In this document: positions 58,513 to 64,000 of the stretch, piece by piece | Layout: each line of letters starts with the position of its first letter | How positions within the stretch are numbered: the first letter of the stretch is position 1 | Assembly: GCA_964470845.1 (NCBI GenBank) | Contig: CAYYEL010000004.1 | Coordinates: forward strand, 13 to 64,012 | Length of the DNA stretch: 64,000 nt | Direction of reading: 5' to 3' | Origin: an uncultured Bacteroidaceae bacterium | GTDB taxonomy: Bacteria > Bacteroidota > Bacteroidia > Bacteroidales > Bacteroidaceae | Translations under genes and position numbers: made by a program | The notes under the pieces: generated by a model | What the model saw: the letters and a program-made list of their open reading frames with translations, nothing else | Told to the model about the DNA's origin: nothing | Database searches by the model: none

Positions 58513-58758
58513 TTCTATTCCAATTGGATATCAGCCTGTTCCTTTTCTGTATATACCATACCCTCTACTTCAAAGTTATAAAGAGCAGTTATAATAGAAT
58601 TGAGAAAGGAAAGATGCTCAGCATCTGACTTAATAAGACATTCGCTATATTCCATAAACAAATTGTTTTAAGAAGGTTTGACAATGATGAACAATTTGAT
58701 TTACAGTCGCACTCGTAATGCACTGCAAATATACAACAATTTTATGGAATATACGAAG

Positions 58759-58795
58759 AATGGGAGCCATCTGTGAAGACTGCTCCCATTTTTTG
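58759..58795. terminator. Terminator hairpin inside the transposon between converging units
   Basis: aatgggagc / gctcccatt stem followed by ttttt. Confidence 0.6.
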
Positions 58796-58811
58796 TTTAT
58801 TAGTTCTTATT

Positions 58812-58988
58812 CTATTTCTTGCGTTCTATCTCTTTTTTACGCAACCAAGCAATAAATGGAGTAAAGAGTAAAACAAAAGCAAGATAGTACCATATTGGTA
58901 AATTTATCCCTTGCGTATCTGCTACAATAAATATTCCAATTGTGCTTATTAATGACCACAAAAAGCCATAGCCTAAATATTTCCCCAT
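58812..58988 (-). CDS. Small membrane protein (58 aa, 2 predicted TM), hypothetical
   Basis: MGKYLGYGFLWSLISTIGIFIVADTQGINLPIWYYLAFVLLFTPFIAWLRKKEIERKK. It starts 7 nt after the stop of the 115-aa ORF and is below the track cutoff. Confidence 0.4.
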   Translation of the reverse strand: MGKYLGYGFLWSLISTIGIFIVADTQGINLPIWYYLAFVLLFTPFIAWLRKKEIERKK

Positions 58989-58994
58989 AACATA

Positions 58995-59342
58995 TTATCT
59001 CATTATAGAGTTATATAAATCCCAAAACATTTGGTCTTTTGCTCTTTCGTAACCATACCAAATTTGAAGTGCAAATACTACCAATCCAATGATTAGTACA
59101 ATCCAGCCTAACACATCGGTTTCGGTAATTGTTTCATCCTCGTGGTAAGGCAATGTAATAGTTTCCGTATTTAAGTGCTTTGAAACTGCAAGAATAATAA
59201 TACCCACTAACCCAGTTAGCCAACAATTGATAAACCACAGCCAACCTCTTCGATTGCGTTTCTTTGCCATACTATAACCAGCTATGGCGAGAAAAATTGG
59301 AAGAATGAGTCCAATTAAAACTCCAATGTCATTTACATTCAT
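58995..59342 (-). CDS. Small membrane protein (115 aa, 3 predicted TM), hypothetical
   Basis: Hydrophobic segments are IGVLIGLILPIFLAIAGY, LWFINCWLTGLVGIIILAV and VLGWIVLIIGLVVFALQIW. I recognise no family. Confidence 0.55.
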   Translation of the reverse strand: MNVNDIGVLIGLILPIFLAIAGYSMAKKRNRRGWLWFINCWLTGLVGIIILAVSKHLNTETITLPYHEDETITETDVLGWIVLIIGLVVFALQIWYGYERAKDQMFWDLYNSIMR

Positions 59343-59604
59343 AATGGCGAATTTTACAAGGCTCTCCGTGGGCAGACAATTGGAGAATTTCTACAATGTT
59401 TATTAGTGAAAAGAACGTGGACTGCCACCTTGCATCCTTGTAGGTATCGCCAAACACCTGAATACACGCACGGTAGGCAGCCCACGTATATGAGCTGCTC
59501 CGTGCCTCGTGTATTCTTTGTTTTTGATTTGGCGAATTTTTACAAGGAATGAGGCACATTCTCTATTATTTCCAAACATTGTCCCGAAAGACGATGCAAA
59601 GGTA
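59343..59604 (-). promoter_or_regulatory. Promoter box plus about 250-nt structured leader of the 115-aa membrane-protein gene
   Basis: A TAccTTTG box lies on the minus strand at 59597-59604. The direct repeats ccttgtaaaa(a)ttcgcc lie at 59531-59547 and 59346-59361, the latter 4 nt from the AUG. A partly complementary ggcgatacctacaagg lies at 59436-59451. A 16-bp interrupted hairpin lies at 59464-59512. Confidence 0.45.
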
Positions 59605-59658
59605 CGGATTTTCTTCGATATTCTGCTTACCTCACTTCGCTTTATGATAAAAATTAGG

Positions 59659-60072
59659 TTATTTACGTTGGGATTCAAACCATTTAGCAAAATACTCTTG
59701 AAACTCTTTAAGGTTATTGAATTTGCTATGGTCAAACCTCAAGCCAGTGATTTGTTCAAACCTTTCAATGGCTATTAAGTCCACAAATGGGAATTTTAGG
59801 TTCAATTCTTTCTCTGTGAATATATGCCCTTTCGTTTTTACTCCGTTACCGATAATGTTCAGAAGATGTTTCAGAAGTGTGATTGTCGCTGAATTACAAG
59901 CAACCTCGCCACTGATACTGCTGTCGCTAACAGAAAGTACTGACATCGGTCTTTCAATTGAGTAGAATGCTTCAGAGAAATGTTGCTTGAAATTTCTGTA
60001 TCCTACAACCCTTATGTTATATGAGCCATCTCCTTGCTCATTCCAATCTATGATTATTCTTGATTCGTCCAT
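59659..60072 (-). CDS. Hypothetical cytoplasmic protein (137 aa)
   Basis: Clean ORF with no TM segment and no recognisable motif, inside the transposon. Confidence 0.5.
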   Translation of the reverse strand: MDESRIIIDWNEQGDGSYNIRVVGYRNFKQHFSEAFYSIERPMSVLSVSDSSISGEVACNSATITLLKHLLNIIGNGVKTKGHIFTEKELNLKFPFVDLIAIERFEQITGLRFDHSKFNNLKEFQEYFAKWFESQRK

Positions 60073-60140
60073 TATGTTAAATTTATGTTAAATATCCAAT
60101 TTGGGAAAAATTTCGTATGCTTACCTGTTATAAGTACGAA

Positions 60141-60297
60141 AAAACAAGAAGGCTATGACAAATCTATGTAACACATCTTGAAGTTCCGAATAGAGTTTAT
60201 GTACAGTTACTTTGACTATTCTTTTGAGCATGGATGGTCAGTAGTGGCTGTATATCGTAAAGTGTTTGAATAGATAAAATCATAGCCTTCTTGTTTT
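60141..60297. repeat. 18-bp perfect inverted repeat separated by 121 nt
   Basis: aaaacaagaaggctatga (60141-60158) and tcatagccttcttgtttt (60280-60297). Confidence 0.8.
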
Positions 60298-60310
60298 AAT
60301 AACTCTGTAA

Positions 60311-60355
60311 AGAAAAGTGGCGTACCCTTTGTTCATTTAGGGTGCGCCACTTTCT
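60311..60355 (-). terminator. Hairpin with a U-tail on the minus strand, directly downstream of a minus-strand TAacTTTG box (60364-60371)
   Basis: agaaagtggcgcaccc / gggtacgccacttttct (one mismatch) followed by ttt on the minus strand. Confidence 0.45.
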
Positions 60356-60401
60356 CTTGTGCTCAAAGTTATTCTAAATGCAACTGAATTTGTAAATTTA
60401 G

Positions 60402-60427
60402 TTTAGGTTTGGAAACGTATAAGTCCC
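60402..60427 (-). repeat. Right terminal inverted repeat
   Basis: The reverse complement is GGGACTTATACGTTTCCAAACCTAAA. Confidence 0.85.
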
Positions 60428-60435
60428 TAATTATT
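60428..60435. repeat. Target-site duplication TAATTATT (right)
   Basis: Identical to 57308-57315. Confidence 0.8.
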
Positions 60436-60777
60436 TAACAATGGAACAAACTATTATAAAACTGAAACTTCTTTTTAAGTACTTAAAACTTTATTAAAAA
60501 TTTCTCAGTAACTTTTTTAAAGGCTTTCACACATTTCATCTAAATTAGATTATCTTTGCATAATGTACAGATATAATATACCTACCACGAAATATTATGA
60601 CCACATTTTATTTTACGTAGTTGTTAATATTTTTGTACACGATATATACCAATTTTATATTACACACGTTATGAATTATTTTACAGAACAAAGCATAAAC
60701 TTGCCAATCAGCGCAATTACTTAGATCAATTATTTTCAGTATATCCATTAAGCCCGGATAGCATCCGAGAAATAGAT

Positions 60778-61449
60778 ATGACCATATGGAACAGAATCGA
60801 GACAAATTTCAACAATTCAAATAATATCGAACTATTTAAAGCGCTTTTGGATTTAAAGCTTTTTCCTATAAAAGACGGATATGTGCCATATTTCAGAAGA
60901 GACAGAAGTGCTATTGAAAGGAATCCGAACACAGTAAACAGAATTTGTGGACGAGTTAGAGAATTAGGATTAGACGGCATATACGAAAAGTGCACTCAAC
61001 CCAAAGAGACAAATAGACAAATGGGACCATTATTCAGGCGTTGGATAGAATCGGGAACATTAGGTTTATTTCCATTACAAGAAAATGAATTTATTGCGAA
61101 TAACAATAATGCGATATTAGCCGGAAGCGATGCATCACTAATGAATTTTGCCCAAGAACATTTGGGGTACACTCGTAATAAAGGTATTGACTTTATAGCA
61201 AGATTCAATAACACGTATGTTATAGGGGAGGCTAAATTTATTTCAGATGAAGGTGGACACCAAAATGATCAATTTCTTGATGCAATGACCACGCTTGAGG
61301 AGCCAACTGCTCCACACGTAAGAAATATTGCAATCCTCGATGGTGTGCTATATATAAAGAGCAAAAAGAAAATGTACACAGAAATAACAAGCAAAAATGT
61401 ACCTGTTATGAGTGCCCTTCTTTTAAGGGACTATTTATATAGTTTATAA
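60778..61449 (+). CDS. Putative Type II restriction endonuclease (PD-(D/E)XK)
   Basis: 223 aa. The candidate motif is GIDFIARFNNTYVIGEAKF (D-X13-E-A-K). Its stop overlaps the methyltransferase start (TAATG). Confidence 0.55.
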   Translation: MTIWNRIETNFNNSNNIELFKALLDLKLFPIKDGYVPYFRRDRSAIERNPNTVNRICGRVRELGLDGIYEKCTQPKETNRQMGPLFRRWIESGTLGLFPLQENEFIANNNNAILAGSDASLMNFAQEHLGYTRNKGIDFIARFNNTYVIGEAKFISDEGGHQNDQFLDAMTTLEEPTAPHVRNIAILDGVLYIKSKKKMYTEITSKNVPVMSALLLRDYLYSL

Positions 61450-62477
61450 TGGAAAATAATTTACTGATTAAGGCAGACAACATAGAAGCATTGCAGTGGC
61501 TTCTTAACAATGGCTACAAGGGTAAAATTGATTTAGTATATATTGACCCACCTTTTGCCACAGGTGGTACATTTGCTATTGATAATAATGGTAGAGTTGC
61601 CACTATAAGTAAATCGACAGATTCTGTAATCGCATATTCCGATAATATTAAAGGAGAAGAATTCATTGTCTTTTTAAAGAAGAGAATTGAATTGATATAT
61701 GAATTACTCTCAGAAAAAGGCTCATTTTATATCCATATAGATTACAAAATTGGGCACTACGTAAAAGTAATGTTAGATACAATTTTTGGATTTGATAATT
61801 TTAGAAATGACATTACTAGAATAAAATGCAATCCTAAGAACTTTGAAAGAACGGGATATGGTAATATTAAAGACTTGATTTTATTTTACACAAAAGGTGG
61901 AAGTCCTATTTGGAATCATCCAAAAGTAAAATGTGATCCCAAGGACGTTGCAACTTTATACAATAAGATTGATAAAAAAGGAAGAAGATATACAACCGTC
62001 CCCATACATGCACCCGGTGAAACTAAAGGAGACACAAATAATACATTCAGGGGAATTCATCCCCCAAAAGGGAGACATTGGCGCTGTTCGGTTGAAGAAT
62101 TAGAAAGATTGGACGCAGCCGGCCTAATTGAATGGTCGAAGAACGGCAATCCAAGAAAAATAAATTATGCCGACGAACATATGAGTAAGAAGGCACAAGA
62201 TATTTGGGAATTTAAAGACCCGACAAGACCCGTCTATCCAACCGAGAAAAATTTAGATATGCTTAAATTTATTATTGAGGCATCATCTGATAAAGAATCT
62301 ATTGTAATGGACTGTTTCTGTGGCTCGGGCACTACACTATTGGCCGCTGAAATGTGTGGTAGAAAATGGATAGGAATAGATCAATCTGACATTGCTATTA
62401 AAACAACGGAAAAAAAGATTAACCCAACCTCGCTTTTTAATGAAAAGAAATATATTTTTATAGATTTATCATCATAA
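61449..62477 (+). CDS. DNA methyltransferase, beta-class N6A/N4C (N-4/N-6 methylase domain)
   Basis: 342 aa. Motif IV (VYIDPPF) precedes motif I (DCFCGSGTTLLAA). Confidence 0.85.
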   Translation: MENNLLIKADNIEALQWLLNNGYKGKIDLVYIDPPFATGGTFAIDNNGRVATISKSTDSVIAYSDNIKGEEFIVFLKKRIELIYELLSEKGSFYIHIDYKIGHYVKVMLDTIFGFDNFRNDITRIKCNPKNFERTGYGNIKDLILFYTKGGSPIWNHPKVKCDPKDVATLYNKIDKKGRRYTTVPIHAPGETKGDTNNTFRGIHPPKGRHWRCSVEELERLDAAGLIEWSKNGNPRKINYADEHMSKKAQDIWEFKDPTRPVYPTEKNLDMLKFIIEASSDKESIVMDCFCGSGTTLLAAEMCGRKWIGIDQSDIAIKTTEKKINPTSLFNEKKYIFIDLSS

Positions 62478-62491
62478 TATTTTTACAAACT

Positions 62492-62528
62492 AAAAATACA
62501 AATAAGTAAAAAAATCTATTTTGTATTT
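62492..62528 (+). terminator. Terminator-like hairpin after the methyltransferase
   Basis: aaaaatacaaata / tattttgtattt arms. It overlaps the TTG start proposed by the ORF track for the next gene. Confidence 0.45.
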
Positions 62529-62547
62529 ACTAAAAACTATCGACCCA

Positions 62548-63300
62548 ATGAGCAGCCCCAATATAATGCAATTTATGACATTCCCAATGAATGTCATCTT
62601 TGCTACTGCGTGGCTGTCGGTACTTTTTTTTCTCTATCGCTATAAAAGAAATTATAAGTTTGTGCAGTTTATGCTCTCGATGCGGGCAACCATAATCTCA
62701 ATTGTTGCTATTATCATTGGAGCAATTGGCGTTGCCTTTATTCCGAATTTCAGTGCTTCGATTGCTTTTATTGCAATTCTGCTGTTTGTTCAGAGCCATC
62801 TTGCACTTGTGATTATTCGTGGTTACAGAGGCGAGGCAGGCCCGCGCTGGAGTTTCATTTTTAATCACGTCGGATTGTGGCTGGCACTGTTTGCAGGCTT
62901 TTGGGGTGCTCCCGACACTCGGAGCTACAGCGTGCAGGCATTCAAAGATGCGCCCACGCGCGAGGCATTCGACAAGAGAGGCAGCACTTTTTATCTCGAT
63001 TACAGTATAAGGTTACTCAGTTTCGACGTTGACTATTTTGCCAACGGCACTCCTGCACATTACAAAGCAGTAGTAACATTGGGAAGCGACACAGCCACAC
63101 TACGTGTGAACCACCCCTACCCCCTTAATGCTTTTGAAGATATTTATCTCACAGACTATGACACCAACCGTGGGAGCGACACACAATATTGCACAATACA
63201 AATTGTCCGCGAGCCGTGGAAAGCAGTACTCTTTATAGGTATTCTGCTTATGATAATTGGTGCGGCAATGTTATTTATTAAAGGAGCAAAAATAGAATGA
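62548..63300 (+). CDS. ccsB: ResB/CcsB-like cytochrome c biogenesis protein (short form)
   Basis: About 250 aa with 4 N-terminal TM segments, a periplasmic segment (LRVNHPYPLNAFEDIYLTDY), a final TM, and an ATGA overlap with ccsA. The start was set at ATG 62548. Confidence 0.5.
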   Translation: MSSPNIMQFMTFPMNVIFATAWLSVLFFLYRYKRNYKFVQFMLSMRATIISIVAIIIGAIGVAFIPNFSASIAFIAILLFVQSHLALVIIRGYRGEAGPRWSFIFNHVGLWLALFAGFWGAPDTRSYSVQAFKDAPTREAFDKRGSTFYLDYSIRLLSFDVDYFANGTPAHYKAVVTLGSDTATLRVNHPYPLNAFEDIYLTDYDTNRGSDTQYCTIQIVREPWKAVLFIGILLMIIGAAMLFIKGAKIE

Positions 63301-64000
63301 CAATGATTAGCTGGAACAGTTTTTTAATATTTGCTCTACCATCGGCACTGATGTCAGCCACCGCAGCAGCATTTGCTTGGCGCTCAAGAAAAAGAAGCAC
63401 AATTGCCATCATTCTCAATGCGCTTGCCATATTGACACTTGCAGCGTTCATTGTCGGAATGTGGCACTCGCTTCAACGACCGCCTCTGCGCACTATGGGC
63501 GAGACACGCCTGTGGTACTCACTGTTTATGCTTGCAGCAGGACTGTTTACATACATCCGATGGAAATTCCGCTGGATACTATCCTTCTCGTCTCTTATGG
63601 CAATAGTGTTTATCACAATAAATTGGTTGCGTCCCGAAATTCACGACCGCTCACTGATGCCCGCCCTTCAGAGCGTGTGGTTCGTCCCACACGTAACAGT
63701 TTATATGTTCTCTTATGCACTATTAGGTGTGTCATTCATAATGGCTGTATATGGAATTATCGCAAAGAAACAAACCGATTTTGCAGCCATCGACAGCGTG
63801 GTCTATGCTGGAGTGTCATTCTTCACAATAGGAATGCTCACAGGCTCAATATGGGCAAAGGAGGCGTGGGGACACTATTGGAGCTGGGATCCAAAAGAGA
63901 CGTGGGCGCTCATCACGTGGATGCTCTACATCCTTTATATACATATAAGATTAACAACCAAGCATAAGGCAAAATTTCTATATACAATCCTTATTCTATC
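63297..64000 (+). CDS. ccsA: Cytochrome c biogenesis protein CcsA (heme handling), 3' end beyond the window
   Basis: The frame is open from ATG 63297 to the window end and is absent from the ORF track. It is polytopic and has the tryptophan-rich WAKEAWGHYWSWDPKETWALITW motif. Confidence 0.8.
   Translation, partial: MTMISWNSFLIFALPSALMSATAAAFAWRSRKRSTIAIILNALAILTLAAFIVGMWHSLQRPPLRTMGETRLWYSLFMLAAGLFTYIRWKFRWILSFSSLMAIVFITINWLRPEIHDRSLMPALQSVWFVPHVTVYMFSYALLGVSFIMAVYGIIAKKQTDFAAIDSVVYAGVSFFTIGMLTGSIWAKEAWGHYWSWDPKETWALITWMLYILYIHIRLTTKHKAKFLYTILIL

Larger units (their letters stand above)
57316..60427 (+). mobile_element. IS1595-family transposon (3112 bp) carrying passenger ORFs
   Basis: 26-bp terminal inverted repeats (24/26), an 8-bp direct repeat flanking both ends, and one IS1595/ISXO2-like transposase gene. 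Confidence 0.8.

Noticed and set aside
58515-58655. 46-aa acidic ORF on the minus strand inside the transposon (MEYSECLIKSDAEHLSFLNSIITALYNFEVEGMVYTEKEQADIQLE).
   Set aside because: It lies downstream of the terminator-like hairpin at 58759-58795 and has no obvious promoter box. It is too short to judge, so it is mentioned under the cargo finding but not listed as a feature.
60563-60736. About 57-aa ORF upstream of the second endonuclease gene, considered as a possible R-M controller (C) protein.
   Set aside because: There is no helix-turn-helix pattern. The sequence is hydrophobic and Tyr/Ile-rich, typical of AT-rich non-coding DNA. It starts only 5 nt after the candidate -7 box.
62548-63300. 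Considered whether insertion of the R-M island truncated ccsB (only about 250 aa) or separated ccsBA from nrf-type cytochrome genes.
   Set aside because: The ORF has its own N-terminal TM segments, a plausible ATG and a preceding terminator. Without ortholog comparison, and without the sequence beyond 64 kb, truncation cannot be supported.
63377-63967. 196-aa ORF from the track at the right edge of the window.
   Set aside because: A different frame, open from ATG 63297 to the window end, encodes an obvious CcsA with the WGHYWSWDPKETW motif. The track ORF is Arg/Cys/His-rich and overlaps it.

Overview
This 64-kb chromosomal segment looks like a gut Bacteroidales (Bacteroidota) genome. The Bacteroidota -7 promoter box TAnnTTTG recurs in intergenic DNA, and the gene content is typical: GH20 hexosaminidase, DUF4252/DUF4369-like proteins, ECF sigma/anti-sigma pairs and OM beta-barrels. 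Most of the window is housekeeping: aguA/aguB, prs, panB, glgB, kdsB, PBP1A, pyrBI, glyA, phoH, purC, aroE, a [FeFe]-hydrogenase with hydEFG maturases, ccsBA, and three tandem acyl-CoA ligase paralogs. There is one 3'-truncated tRNA-His at the left edge. I found no rRNA and no CRISPR array. The accessory content is as follows. (1) A visibly AT-rich Type II R-M pair lies at 14.4-16.8 kb. (2) An AT-rich island at 57.3-62.5 kb holds a second Type II R-M pair. Next to that pair sits an intact 3.1-kb IS1595-family transposon with 26-bp inverted repeats and an 8-bp target duplication. The transposon carries uncharacterised small ORFs (most predicted membrane proteins) and highly structured non-coding DNA. 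This is my best candidate for an undescribed system. (3) A family of 82-88-bp tandem intergenic units occurs at four loci; each unit has a promoter-like box, a conserved core and a hairpin kept by compensatory changes. (4) A second short dispersed repeat occurs at three loci. Other oddities are a homopolymer frameshift splitting an LtaS-like gene, a glgB lacking GH13 conserved region IV, and a carboxyltransferase whose C-terminal biotinyl-like domain has no MKM lysine. All calls come from reading the sequence and ORF track by eye; no homology searches, folding or GC calculations were run.
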